From assembly GCA_030390025.1 (NCBI GenBank), contig CM059432.1, positions 3,782,001 through 3,846,000 of the forward strand: DNA of 64,000 bases. Direction: 5' to 3'. Source of the stretch: Squalus acanthias (Eukaryota). A program made the translations under genes and the position numbers. Under the pieces are notes generated by a model that was not told the origin of the DNA, did no database searches, and saw only the letters and a program-made list of their open reading frames with translations. This document shows positions 46,322 through 59,434 of this stretch, piece by piece. How positions within the stretch are numbered: the stretch's first letter is position 1; each line of letters opens with the position of its first letter.

Positions 46322-47029
46322 TTCGTTCCGACCGCATATTCGCAGCATAACAAAGACCGCCTACTTCCACCTCCGTAACATCACCCGTCTCCGCCCTTGC
46401 CTCAGCTCATCCGCTGCTGAAACCCTCATCCATGCCTTTGTTACCTCTAGACTTGACTATTCCAACGCTCTCCTGGCTGGCCTCCCACATTCCACCCTAC
46501 GTAAACTTGAGGTCATCCAAAACTCGGCTGCCCGTGTCCTAACTTGCACCAAGTCCCGTTCGCCTGTCGCCCCCTGTGCTCGCTGACCTACATTGGCTCC
46601 CGGTTAAGCAGCGCCTCGATTTCAAAATTCTCATCCTTGTTTTCAAATCCCTCCATGGCCTCGCCCCCTCCCTATCTCTGTAAACTCCTTCAACCCCACA
46701 ACCCCCCTGAGATATCTGCGCTCCTCTAATTCTGCCCTCTTGAGGTTCCCTGATTATAATCGCTCAACCTTTGGTGGCCGTGCCTTCTGTTGCCTGGGCC
46801 CTAAGCTCTGGAATTCCCTGCCTAAACCTCTCCGCCTCGCTACCTCTCTCTCCTCCTTTAAGACGCTCCTTAAAACCTACCTCTTTGACCAAGCTTTTGG
46901 TCACCTGCCCTGACTTATCCTTATGTGGCTCGGTGTCAAATTTTTTGTCTTAAAATACTCCTGTGCAGCGCCTTGGGACGTTTTATTACGTCAAAGGCGC
47001 TATATCAATACAAGTTGTTGTTGTTGTTG
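46322..47029 (+). mobile_element. L2 LINE 3' end
   Basis: AYFHLRNI..AAETLIHAFVTSRLDYSNALL..QNSAAR; (GTT)n tail. Confidence 0.9.
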
Positions 47030-47886
47030 GTTTTCCCACTGGGTAGAGTGAGTTAAAATCCCGCCGGTTGAAACATTCTATCACTTGATGTGCATTGTGG
47101 CTGCGAGGAGCTCCGGACGAACTTCATTTCCTCCCTTTCATTCACGCTAAATGACTTTTTTAAAAAAAAAGTAAATATAGGAACCGTGGTGTGCAGTTTT
47201 CTTTTTAATCGTTGCAAAAGATCCCTTGCAGCAGTTTGAGGCAAATATCTTTTATGTTCCAGTTCCAGCAGATTTCAAACCTTGTCCTTGAGTCATATTT
47301 GCTTTTTATTTCTTTATGTTTTATGAATGCATAAGTAAATATCAATGAGCAAGAGTACACAGCGATAGTTCACTTCTGATCTCACTGGTTGTGCGGATTG
47401 CAGAGTCAGAGCGAAGAAGGAGAAATGTTGCTGCCAATTGCACTCGTTCTGCCTGGACACACGACGCACGCATTAAACATTAATCATTTTCCCAATTATT
47501 TTTTTCCCCTGAAACCTGCTGCAACAAGGGGGGGAAAAAAAAGAAAAGAAAAATATAGCCAGGACGGCAAACAAGACTGACTTATTTCAGATTGCGGGAG
47601 GAGAAATTCAGGATAATTGGCAGAGAGGCTGCGTTAGATTGGGGTAGAAATTGGTGTGCGTTACACTCTTTTCTCGGGTGTAAAGTAGGCAGAAAGCTGA
47701 CCAATTTAGCAATGGGACAGCCTGCGGTCAATGTGTAAAGACGTTGGTCCAACAGCTAAATTTGTGGAGATCCTATCAAACCCCCGCACAATCGTAAAGA
47801 CCTCTATTAGGTCACCTCCCAGCCTTCTCTTTTCTAGAGCAAAGAGACCCAGCCTGTTCAGTCTTTCCTGATAGGTATAACCTCGC

Positions 47887-48283
47887 TCTACTCAGAGCTC
47901 CGACACGGAAAGAGAGCCCCAGGTGGGCAGAGGAATCGCTTCAAGGACACCCGCAAAGCCTCCTTGAAAAAGTGCAACATCCCCACCGACACCTGGGAAT
48001 CCCTGGCCCAAGACCGCACAAAGTGGAGGAGAAGCATCCAGGAAGGTGCCGAACACCTCGAGTCTCTTCGCCGGGAGCAAGCGGAAGCCAAGCGCAAACA
48101 GCGGAAGGAACGCACATCAACCCAAGCACCCCACCCATCCGCCCCTTCAACCATCGTCTGCCCCACCTGTGACAGAGACTGTAGGTCCCGCATTGGACTC
48201 ATCAGTCACCTGAGAACTCATTTTTAGTGTGGAAGCAAGTCATCCTCGGTTCCGAGGGACTGCCTAAGAAGAAGAAGAAGAAG
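47887..48283 (+). mobile_element. RTE 3' fragment inside a minus-strand CR1, TSD ATAACCTCGC
   Basis: TSD at 47877-47886 and 48284-48293; (AAG)n tail. Confidence 0.92.
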
Positions 48284-48422
48284 ATAACCTCGCAATTCTG
48301 GTAGCGTTCTAGTAAATCTTTTTTGCGCCTTCTCCAGTGCCTCCATATCCTTTTTTATAATATGGAGACCAGGACTGTTCACAGTGCTCCAAGTGTGGTC
48401 TGACCAAGGTTCTGTACAAATC

Positions 48423-49266
48423 GGGCTGGATTTTATCAAGATAGGCGAGCAGGAGGCGGGACTCTCAATTTTGGGGTTGTAGTCCCGCCTCCATCGAGTT
48501 GTGGCCAACCCACTCAATTTTCCCTTGATTGACCTTATTGAGCCCGCCCAGCGGGCTCAGCAGGCCAATTAAGGGCCACCCGGCAACAGGTGACGTCACA
48601 GATTGACATTTCATCTGTCAAGAGCTTTTGACAGATGAAATATCGACGTTTGACAGCTCCTTGAAGCTGTCAAACACTGACAATCTGTCCTCTAAGTTAA
48701 TTCCTTCCTCTCAGGCTGATTTAGAGATCTCTGCAGAACAAAAAGCAGAGGCTGCAGCTTTTGACAGCTCAACGGCCATTCTGCTTTCTGTGCCGGTGAG
48801 ATTTCTGACTCCCGAGACCTGAAGGGCTGACACCTGCAGGAGGAAGTTAAGGTAAGTAAAACTTTTTTCCACACTTTACACTTACCTTACACACTTACCT
48901 CTGCACACATGCACCCATCACTCACCTGCCCACCGGACATATCGACCCCTCCAACCCCTGCAGACCCACGGTCCGCCTCGCTAAAACGGCGTGGTTTGGA
49001 GCCGTCGGGTAGCCCACACTTCAGGGCTAAAAATAGGGATTAGGCAACAAACTGCCTGTTAACTACCTGTTAACAGGCAGTTAATTGTCACTAATCCCCT
49101 TCCTGCCTCGGGGAGGCGGCTCCCAGCACAGGTCGGGTACCCGCCTCCAGCGAAACTGGCATGGAGGCGGGTTGGGGGCGGGATGGGTTCGGGACCCCCG
49201 AATCTGCTATTTTCCCACCCCACACGCCTCCAAACCCGCCTCCACGGGTCAATGAAAATTCTGCCC
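48423..49266. mobile_element. Non-autonomous GGGC-ended TIR element
   Basis: GGGCTGGATTTT / AAAATTCTGCCC; same subfamily as 32332-33171; TSD not evident. Confidence 0.87.
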
Positions 49267-49509
49267 AATATCTCTGCTTTTCCATTTTCTATTCCTCCAG
49301 AAATGAACCCCAGTGCTTTGTTTGTATTTTTTTAAATGACCTTGTTAACCTGCGTCGCTACTTTTAATGAATTGTGACCCTGTGCATCATTTAACCATGG
49401 TGCACAGTGCGAGCCCAGGTGTGAAGAAAGAACAGAAATAGTGCCACCGCTCGTGTGCCCATTTCCTCACTGGCTTTGGAACTAAAGAAGAGCTGGAGCT
49501 ATAATGTTA

Positions 49510-49735
49510 GTCAGCCTGAGTCAGAAGGTCGTGGGTTCAAGTCCCACTCCAGAGACGTGACCACATAATCCAGGCTGACACTCCCAGTGCAGTACTGAGG
49601 GAGTGCTGCACTGTCAGAGGTGCTGTCTTTCAGATGAGATGTTAAACCGAGCTCTCTCGGGTGGACGTAAAAAATCCCATGGCCACTATTTCGAAGAAGA
49701 GCAGGGGAGTTCTGCCTGGTGTCCTAGCCAATATT
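49510..49735 (+). mobile_element. Partial Deu SINE
   Basis: B box and Deu region; tail missing. Confidence 0.8.
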
Positions 49736-49834
49736 TTCACCCCTCTGGGTGAAAAAAGTTCTTCTCAAATCACCTCTAATCCTTCTACCAATTACTTTAA
49801 ATCTACACCCCCTGGCTATTGATCTCTCTGCTAA

Positions 49835-52750
49835 ATGCACTTAGAATTCACAACAAGGTGGATGAATTAATGGCACTAATAGAAGTAAATGGGTATGATG
49901 TAATTGCCATTACAGAGACATGGTTGCAGGGCAATCAAAGCTGGGAACTGAATGTTCCAGGGTACTCAACATTTAGGAAGGACAGACAAAAAGGAAAATG
50001 AAGGTGGCGTAGCGCTGTTAATAAGGGATGAGATCGGTACGGTAGAGATAAAAGATCTTGGCTCGGCAGATCGTGATGTAGAACTGGAATCCATTTGGGT
50101 GGAGCTAAGAAACAGCAAAGGGCGGAAAACATTGGTGGGAGTTGTGTATCGGCCACCAAAAAGTAATGGTAATATAGGGCACAGTATCAATCAAGAAATT
50201 AGAAGTGCATGTAACAAGGGCAATATGGTAATCGTGGGGGACTTTAATCTATATATTGACTGGGAAAATCAAATTACCACTAATGGTGTGGAGGACGAAT
50301 TCTTGGAATGCATGCGAGATGGTTTCCTGGATCAGTATGTGGAGGAACCAACCAGGGAACAGGCTATTCTGGATCTGGTACAGTGTAATGAGAAAGAGCT
50401 AATCAATAATCTTGTGGTAAAGGGGCCTTTAGGGACAAGTGACCATAATATGATTGAATTTTACATTAAGTTTGAGAGTGATGTGGTCCAATCTGAAACT
50501 AAGGTCTTCAATCTAAACAGAGGAAACTACAAGGGTATGAGGGACAAGTTGGCCATGGTAGATTGGGAGACTACACTAAAAGGTATGAAGGTGGACATAC
50601 AATGGCTAACATTCAAGGAAATAATGCATAATTTGCAACAAACATATATTCCTCTAGGGCATAAAAACCCAAAAGGAAAAGTGATCCAACCATGGCTAAC
50701 AAAAGAAATTAAAGCTAGTATTAAGTCAAAGGAGGAAGCTTATAAAGTTGCCAGAAAAAGCGGTCAGCCTGAGGATTGGGATCTTTTTAGAAATCAGCAA
50801 AGGGGTACCAAGAAATTGATAAAGAAAGGGAAAATGGAATATGAACACAAACTAGCGAAAAATATAAAAATGGATTATAAAAGCTTCTATAGGTATGTGA
50901 AAAGGAAAAGACGGGTGAAGGTAAATGTAAGTCCTTTACAGTCAGAGATGGGAGAATTTATAATGGGGAATGAGGAAATGGCTGAGAAATTAAATAAATA
51001 CTTTGTTTCTGTCTTCACGGAGAAAGGCACAAAAAACCTACCAAAATACGTGAAAACCAAGGGTGTGGCGAGAATGAGGAACTTAAAGAAATTATTATTA
51101 TTAAAAAAACAGTACTCGCAAAATTAATGGGACTAAAAGTCGATAAATCCCAAGGACCGGATGACCTACATCCTAGGGTTTTGAAAGAGGTGATCATTGG
51201 GATAGTGGACTCATTGGTTGTCATCTTCCAAAATTCTATAGATTCTGGAATGGTTCCTGCAGATTGGAGGGAGAGAGAAAACGGGGAACTACAGACCTGT
51301 TAGCCTCACATCAGTAGTTGGGAAAATGCTGGAATCTATTATAAAGGATGCAATAACTGGGCACTTAGAAACTAATAGTAAGATTGGGCAGAGTCAACAT
51401 GGATTTATGAAAGGGAAATCCTGTTTGACAAACCTATTAGAGTTCTTGGAGGATGTAACTAGTGGAGCAGACAAAGGGGAACCGGTAGATGTGGTGTATT
51501 TGGATTTTCAGAAGGCCTTCGATAAGGTCCCACACAAAAGGTTGGTGAACAAAATTAGGGCACATGGAATTGGGGGTAATATATTAGCATGGATTGAGAA
51601 TTGGTTAACAGACAGAAAACAAAGAGTAGGGATAAACGGGTCTTTTTCAGGATGGCAGGCTGTGACTGGTGGGGTACCGCAAGGATCGGTGCTTGGGCCC
51701 CAGCTATTCACAATCTATATCAATAATTTGAATGAGGGGACTAAATGTAACATTTCCAAATTTGCTGATGATACAAAGCTAGGTGGCAGATTCAGTTGTG
51801 AAGAGGTTGTGAAGAGGCTTCAAGGGGATCTCGACAGGCTCAGTAAGTGGGCGAAAACATGGCAGATGGAATATAATGTGGATTAATGTGAAGTTATCCA
51901 CTTTGGTAGAAAAAACAGAAAGGCAGAGTATTTCCTAAATGGTGAAAGATTGGGGAATGCAGATGCTCAAAGGGACCTGGGTGTCCCTGTACATAAGTCA
52001 CTGAAAGTGAATGTGCAGGTACAGCAAGCCATTAGGAAGGCAAATGGTATGCTGGCCTTCATTACAAGAAGATTGGAGTACAGGAGTAAAGAAGTCTTAC
52101 TCCAATTATATCGGGCCTTGGTGAGACCACACCTGGAGTACTGTGTACAATTTTGGTCTCCTTACCTAAGGAAGGATATACTTGCCATAGAGGGAGTGCA
52201 ACGAAGGTTCATGAGATTGATTCCTGGGATGGCGGGACTGTCGTATGAGAAGAGATTGAGTAAACTAGACCTGTATTCTCTTAAATTCAGAAGAATGAGA
52301 GGGGATTTCATTGAAGCATACAAAATTATTACAGGGCTTGATAGGGTGGATGCTGGGAGAATGTTTCCCTTGACTGGGGAGTCTAGAACCAGGGGCCACA
52401 GCCTCAGGATAAAGGGTAGGACATTCAGGACTGAGATGAGAAGAAATTTCTTCACACAGAGGGTGGTGAAACTTTGGAATTCTCTACCCCAGAGGGCTGT
52501 GGAGGCTCAGGCATTGGGTATATTCAAAACAGAAGTTGATAGATTTCTGACTAGTAAGGGCATCAAGGGATATGACGATAAGGCCGGTGAATGGAGTCAT
52601 CCTCGGTTCCGAGGGACTGCCTAAGAAGAAAGAAGAAGAATGGAGTTGGGGCAGAAGATCAGCCATGATCTCATTGAATGGCGGAGCAGGCTCGAAGGGC
52701 CGAATGGCCTACTCCTGCTCCTATTTCTTATGTTCTTATGTTCTTATGTT
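49835..52750 (+). pseudogene. CR1 LINE with nearly full-length but frameshifted ORF2 (APE endonuclease + RT), TSD CTAA
   Basis: AITETW, GGVALLI, GVVYRPP, VGDFN, SDHNMI, then RT motifs across five ORF pieces; (TTCTTATG)n tail. Confidence 0.93.
52598..52637 (+). mobile_element. 40-bp RTE tail insertion, TSD GAATGGAGT
   Basis: CATCCTCGGTTCCGAGGGACTGCCTAAGAAG matches the other RTE ends; TSD at 52589-52597 and 52638-52646. Confidence 0.88.
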
Positions 52751-52925
52751 CTAAGGGAAATACGACCTATCCACTCTATCTCAGCGACTCATAATTTTAT
52801 ACACCTCAAATAAGTCTCCTCTCAGCCTCCTCTGTTCCAAAATAATAATTAAATAGCTTTGCTTTTGTGAAACACGTATTATATAAAGTTATGTGTGCTA
52901 ATTTAGTCATAAAAGTGCTAACAGT

Positions 52926-53396
52926 GTCAGCCGTGGCTCAGTTGGTAGCACACTTGCCTCTGCGTCAGAAGGTTGTGGGTTCAAATCCCACTCCAGATAC
53001 TTGAGCACAAAAATCTAACCTGACACTCCAGTGCAGTGCTGAGGGAGTGCTGCACTGTTGGAGGAGCTGTCTTTCGGATGAGACGTTAAACTGAGGCCCC
53101 GTCTGCTCTCTCAGGTGGACGTAAAAAAATCCCATGGCACTATTTTGAAGAAGAGCACGGGCGTTCTCCCCGGTGTCCTGGCCAATATTTATCCCTCAAT
53201 CAACATCACCAAAGCAGTTTATCTGGTCATTTATCACATTGCTGTTTGTGGGAGCTTGCTGTGCGCAAATTGGCTGCTGCGTTTCCTACATTACAACAGT
53301 GACTACACTCCAAAAAGTACTTCATTGGCTGTAAAGTGCTTCGGGACGTCCGGAGGCTGTGAAAGGCGCTATAGAAATGCAAGTCTTTCTTTTTTT
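52926..53396 (+). mobile_element. Deu-domain SINE, full length
   Basis: Head, Deu region and tail. Confidence 0.88.
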
Positions 53397-53736
53397 GTAA
53401 ACTAACTAGAAAAGGCGTAAGAAGAGGAAGAATAGTGACTCCAATATTGATGCTGACATGAAAGCCAGTTTAAATCTGTGCCCATAGCATGAATGGTCTT
53501 CTTGGGCAGAAATGACATGTGCCCACCTGTAAAATCAAGGCTAATATGTTTTGGTGGCCATTTGTTCGTAAAGACTTGCTGAAGTCAGTCACAAAGTTGG
53601 CCATTATCTTTAGGTTGCACTTTATCAAGCCCAAGACCTCTCGTTGTAATAATTATTTGAGCCAAACAAATTAGTCACTTGCTAATTTTGTCAGGGTCAT
53701 AAATTGTTGATTTATGGAAAGAATAGTACAACACCC

Positions 53737-54577
53737 AAGAACATAAGAAGTAGGAGCAGGAGTCGGCCATTCGGCCCCTCGAGCCTGCTCCGCCATTCAA
53801 TAAAATCATGGCTGATCTTCGACCTCAACTCCACTTTCCTGCACTATCCCCTTATCCCTTGATTCCCCCAGAGTCCAAAAATCTATCGATCTCAGCCTTG
53901 AAGATACTCATGTGTCAGCCGTGGCTCAGTGGGCAGAACCCTCGCCTCTGAGTCAGAAGGTTGTGGGTTCAAGTCCCACTCCAGAGACTTGAGCACAAAA
54001 ATCTAACCTGACACTCCCAGTGCAGGGCTGAGGGAGTGCTGCACTGTCGGAGGTGCCGTCTTTCAGATGAGACGTTAAACCGAGGGCCCGTCTGCCCTCT
54101 CAGGTGCACATAAAAGATCCCACGCCCACTATTTCGAAGAGGAGCAGGGGAGTTCTCCCCGGTGTCCTGGGCCAATATTCATCCCTCAATCAACATCACT
54201 AAAACAGATTATCTGGTCATTATTACATCGCTGCTTGTGGGAGCTTGCTGTGCGTAAATTAGCTTCCACGTTTCCTACATTACAACAGCAACTAGACTTC
54301 ATTGGCTGTACTTCAGCGCTTTGGGATGTCCAGAGGCCGTGAAAGGTGCTAAATAAATGCAAGTCTTTCTTTCTTTCAACGACTGAGCATCCACAGCCCT
54401 CTGGGGTAGAGAATTCCAAAGATTCACCACCCTCTGAGTGAAGAAATTCCTCCTCATCTCAGTCCTAAATGGCCGATGTATTATCTTGAGACTGTGCCCC
54501 CTAGTTCTAGACTCTCCAGCCAGGGGGAAACAGCCTCTCAGCATCTACCCTGTCAATCCCCCTCAGAATCTTAAATG
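53737..54577. mobile_element. CR1 3' fragment (-) split by a Deu SINE (+, 53914-54376)
   Basis: CR1 sequence resumes at 54376 (TCAACGACTGAGCATCCACAGCC). Confidence 0.85.
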
Positions 54578-55296
54578 TTGCAATGAGCATCTTAAAAATC
54601 GTCCCGCAATAAAGAAAGAGAATTATATCAATAGTGCCAGTTTTTTTCTAATATAAAGCCGCATTGTATTTTTTAAAGTAGATCACATGCAGTGTGATTA
54701 AAAAAAACCCACATCATAGTACAGCAATGGAAAATAACCCCAGCAAGCCCAAGCAAAAATCCAAGGTTATATCCAAGGAAACTCCTTGCCCTAGAAACTG
54801 CTCTCAAGACTACCTTACCCCAATACCGCCCTTCAAAAGCAAGTGAGAAAACAGAGTTGAAATCTAAAGGGAAATCACTTGATACATTATTAATCCAGAA
54901 ACGAGACAGATACCTATTATATCTTCCAACCCTCCGTGCACCTCTCTGGAGCTGTACAAGTATTGTTACTTGCACAACTATCAAATGCTACAGATCAGAA
55001 AAGGTCAGAAACTCGGAGTAAAGTACAGGTGACTTGCTGCATGACAATGCGGCACATACTGATCTCATTGCATCATCGAGACTGTAGCCTTCCCGCAGAG
55101 CAGTGAAATAGGTCACCGTTGTGTGCAGTTGTTTGCCTGGCTCGGAGTGCTGGTATTGTTTTAATTGCTTCGCTGAGGTCTCCCGGTAGGGGTGAGATTG
55201 CTGAGGTGAACAGTTAAGGTTTAGCCTCAATCGCTGCAGTTCATCCGTGAAGAGAAAACAACCGCTGGAGCCTAAACATTCGGCCTGTTCTGTTAT

Positions 55297-55347
55297 GTGA
55301 TTTCAAATAAAACTGTTGGACTATAACCTGGTGTTGTGCGACCTCTC
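55297..55347 (+). mobile_element. Penelope pLTR remnant
   Basis: AAATAAAACTGTTGGACTATAACCTGGTGTTGTGCGACCTCTCA matches 24632-24675. Confidence 0.8.
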
Positions 55348-55384
55348 AATTATGTGTATTTAAGGAATAGAAATAGTTCTCCTC

Positions 55385-57200
55385 AACAACAACAACAACA
55401 ACAACTAGCATTTATACAGCGCATTTAACGTAGTAAAACGTCCCAAGGCGCTTCACAGGAGCGATTATCAAACAAAATTTGACACCGAGCCACATGAGGA
55501 GATATTGGGGCAGGTGACCAAAAGCTTGGTCAAAGAGTTAGGTTTTAAGGAGCGTCTTAAAAGGAGGAGAGAGAGGCGGAGAGGTTTAGGGAGGGAACTC
55601 CAGAGCTTAGGGCCCAGGCAACTGAAGGCACGGCCGCCAATGGTAGAGCGATGAAAATCAGGGATGCTCAAGAGGCCAGAATTGGAGGAACGCAGAGATC
55701 TCAGAGGGTTGTAGGCAATGTTGGGGGTATTATATTGGCATGGATAGGGGATTGGCTAACTAACAGAAAACAAAGAGTCGGGATAAATGGGTCATTTTCC
55801 GGTTGGCAATCAGTGACTAGTGGGGTGCCACAGGGATCAGTGCTGGGGTCTCAACTATTTACAATCTATATTAATGACTTGGATGAAGGGACTGAGTGTA
55901 CTGTAGCCAAATTTGCTGATGATACAAAGATAGGTGGGTTAGCAAGTTGTGAGGAGGACACAAGTCTGCAAAGGGATATAGATAGGTTAAGTGAGTGGGC
56001 AAAAATTTGGCAGATGGAGTATAATGTGGGAAAATGTGAGGTTATCCACTTTGGAAGGAAGAATGAAAAAGCAAATTACTATTTAAATGGAGTGAGACTA
56101 CAAAATGCTGCTGTATAGAGGGATCTGGGGGTCTTAGTACATGAAGTTAGCATGCAGGTACAGCAAGTAATTAGGAAGGCTAATGGAATGTTGGCCTTTA
56201 TTGCAAGGGGTATGGAGTATAAAAGTAGGGAAGTTTTGATGCAACTTTATAGGGCGCTGGTGAGACCGCACCTGGAGTACTGCGTACAGTTTTGGTCTCC
56301 ATATTTAAGGAAGGATATACTTGCATTGGAGGCAGTGCGGAGAAGGTTCACGAGGTTGATTCTTGGGGTGAAGGGGTTGACGTATGACAAAAGGTTGAGC
56401 AGGTTGGGCCTACACTCATCGGAGTTTAGAAGAATGAGAGGTGATCTTATTGAAACATATAAGATTCTGAGGGGGATTGACAGGGTAGATGCTGAGAGGA
56501 TGTTTCCCCTAGTGGGGGAATCTAGAACTAGGGAGCATAGTTTCAGAATAAGGGGTCGCCCATTTAAGATGGAGATGAGGAGGAATTTCTTCTCTCAGAG
56601 GGTCGTGAATCTTTGGAATTCTCTACCCCAGAGAGCTGTGGAGGCGGAGTCATTGAATATATTCAAGGCGGAGATTGACAGACATTTGAACTACAAGGAA
56701 GTCAAGGGGTATGGGGAGAGAGCGGGAAAGTGGTGTTGAGGACAAGATTGGATCAGCCATGATCTTATTGAATGGCGGAGCAGGCTCGAGGGGCCGATTG
56801 GCCAACTCCTGCTCCTGTTTCTTATGTTCTAATGCTCTAATGTACCCCCTAAGGTGTGCGGCCTCGCTCCAATCCGGGGGTCCTGCGACGGCCGCTCACC
56901 AGCTGCTGCTGCTGGAAAAGATACCGCGCACGGGCGGGCGCGCACCGGAAAAAAATAAATTAGCGGGAACGTTGGTTGCGGGGCTGGAGGAGGCAACAGA
57001 GATAGGGAGGGAGCGAGGCCCTGGAGGGATTTGAAAACAAGGATGAGAATTTAAAAAATCGAGGTATCACCAGACCGGGAGCCAATGTAGGTCAGCGAGC
57101 ACAGGGGTGGGCGATGGGTGAACGGGACTTGGTGGCGCGAGTCAGGACACGGGGCAGCAGGAGTTTTAGATGAGCTCTCGTTTACGGAGGGTGCGAGGTG
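55385..57200. mobile_element. L2 3' end (-, 55385-55715 and ~56975-57200) interrupted by CR1 (+, 55716-56835) and a small hAT-like MITE (~56838-56974)
   Basis: CR1 ORFs 55651-56118 and 56152-56739; MITE ends AATGTACCCCCTAA/TTAGCGGGAACGTT. Confidence 0.8.
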
Positions 57201-57939
57201 GGAGCATCGGAACGAGTCGAAAGCTATTCAGGACAGGTCTTGCCCGGCCGGGCTGAGTAACTGTAATCAGTTCGGTCAGGTTTGTCCGTGCGCTAAGAAG
57301 CTTAAAACGACGCTCCGACCCTAGATTTTTTTTCAGGATTAATTCTTGTTGCGACGTGAATGTTGAGAGCAGTGCGTAGGAGGGAGAATCAGCACCACGC
57401 TGAATGTGCGTTGCTGCTTGTGCTTCTGAGATACTGGCAGGCTAACATTATGTGGCTATTTCTGTCAGGCTACCAACAAATAAAACCCAAAACAAAACAC
57501 AAGTCTGATTCGATTACACCTGAGTGACTTTATGCCAGGAGAAAATAATTCCTAACACGTCGTTATATTGCACTCAGCGTGGAATCTGGTAGTTGATTGG
57601 TTGAAGAGTGAATTTTGATTGAATCTAATTATACTGGAGTGAAGGTGCCTTGACAACTATCACAAAGAAGTTGAGAGTTCGTAATGAGGTCAAATCACAG
57701 GTTATTCCGCAGCTGACTAAACAGGCAAAATTCTGGTGAACACGTCACAAAATAATTTCAACAGAAGCGAGTAGACTGTAAACTTATTCAATAGTTGCGA
57801 CAACGTGCAGCTCTTCGGAGTCCGAGGGCAGGCCTGATGGACGGACACGCTCGCCGAGGCTTTGGTCTCATCTTTCTGTCAGACCGCTTTTCCTCAATTT
57901 GAGGAGGCACGCGTGTGTAGACGTGTGCTTTTATTCGTT

Positions 57940-59432
57940 GTTGTAATGTGGAGAGGCCGCTCCTCTGCAGACTATCCCCCCCATCATCGAGCTAACCGTC
58001 CCTAAGGAGCAAGCGGGCTTCCGGAGTGGCCGCAACTGCTGCGAGCGAGTGGTAGCTTTAACAACGCACATCGAAGCAGGCTTCTAGCGCCAGCTCAAGG
58101 CCGCCGGAGCACTCGTGGACCTGTCGGCGGCGTATGACACAGTGTGGAAGCATGGACTGCTTTTCCAGCTCTCCACCATTTCACCCTGCAGAACAACGAT
58201 CCATCTCCTCAACTCCATGCTTAGCAGCCGACGCTTCCGTGTGTACTCTGGCACCCAGAAGAGCAGCTATAGGACATTGAACAACGGACTCCCTCGGGGT
58301 TCTGTCCTGGCACCCATGTTATTCAACGTTTACACCAGTGACCTGCCCGAAACAGAGTCCCGCAAGTTCGTATACACTGATGACATTAACGTGGCCAAGC
58401 AAAACATGAATCTGTCCATCACCGAGGAGACCCTAACCAGTGTTTTACAGAGGATGGAGGCCTACTTCCGCCGATGGCGACTTCGGCCAAACCCGCAAAA
58501 GACCGTCACCTCGACATTCCACCTCACCACCCATCAAGCAAACCAAGCTTTGAAAGTCTCCTTTTGCGGTGCAGAGGTAAACCATGCCAAAAAACCCTCC
58601 TATTTAGGAGTCACCCTCGATCGCACCCTGTCATATAGACAACATCTCCAGAACTGTGGGAAGAAACTAAAGAGTAGGGTCAACTTGATCCAGAAACTCG
58701 CTAGAACCGCATGGGGAGCAGACGCTCAAACCCAGCACTCGCCCTGGTGTACTCTTCAGCGGAGTACTGCTCTCCGGCATGGCTATCGAGTCCGCATGTC
58801 AAATCTGTTGCTGTCCAGCTGAATTCTACTATGAGAATTATCACCGGTACGCTTTTATCGACACCAACACGTTGGCTGCCCGTGCTTGCAAACATTGCAC
58901 CACCACACCTACGCCGCGAATATGCAGTCTCCAGAGAATACAACCGCTACACCAGCAAAGACATGCCGATCCAGGCTGACTTGAACAACTTACCACCAAC
59001 CCATTTCAAATCTAGGCAGTCATTATGGACCATCGCCGAAGCCCTTCAGCGATCTCCCCTCAGCCTTGATGACCGACGGTGAAATGTTTGGAAGAACTGT
59101 GACACACGGAATGGTTTCCTTATAGAGGAGCCCACAGTACAACCTCAAGGATCAAACCTTCCTCGCAAACAGTGGACAACAATCAACCGCCTTGGAACCG
59201 GTCATGGTAGATGCTGCCACCTTCTCCATAGATGGAAGCTTAAAGCATCCCCATCATGTGACTGTGGAGCTCCTAATAAGACCCTGGAGCACATCATTGA
59301 GCACTGCCCTCAGAGGAAATTCACAGGCAGTCTACAAGATATCCACGCTGTTACACCGGAAGCTTTGGCCTGGATATCCGACTCAGATATTGACATTTGA
59401 TTTGCTTTGCTACTACCACACGAAAGAAGAAG
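57940..59432 (+). mobile_element. RTEX-like LINE 3' portion (degenerate RT + C-terminal Cys/His motif)
   Basis: EQAGFR, DLSAAYDTVW, NGLPRGSVLAPMLFNVYTSDLP, YLGVTLDRTL, YSSAEYCSPAW, CDCG..TLEHIIEHCP; GAAGAAGA tail. Confidence 0.78.
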
Positions 59433-59434
59433 AT

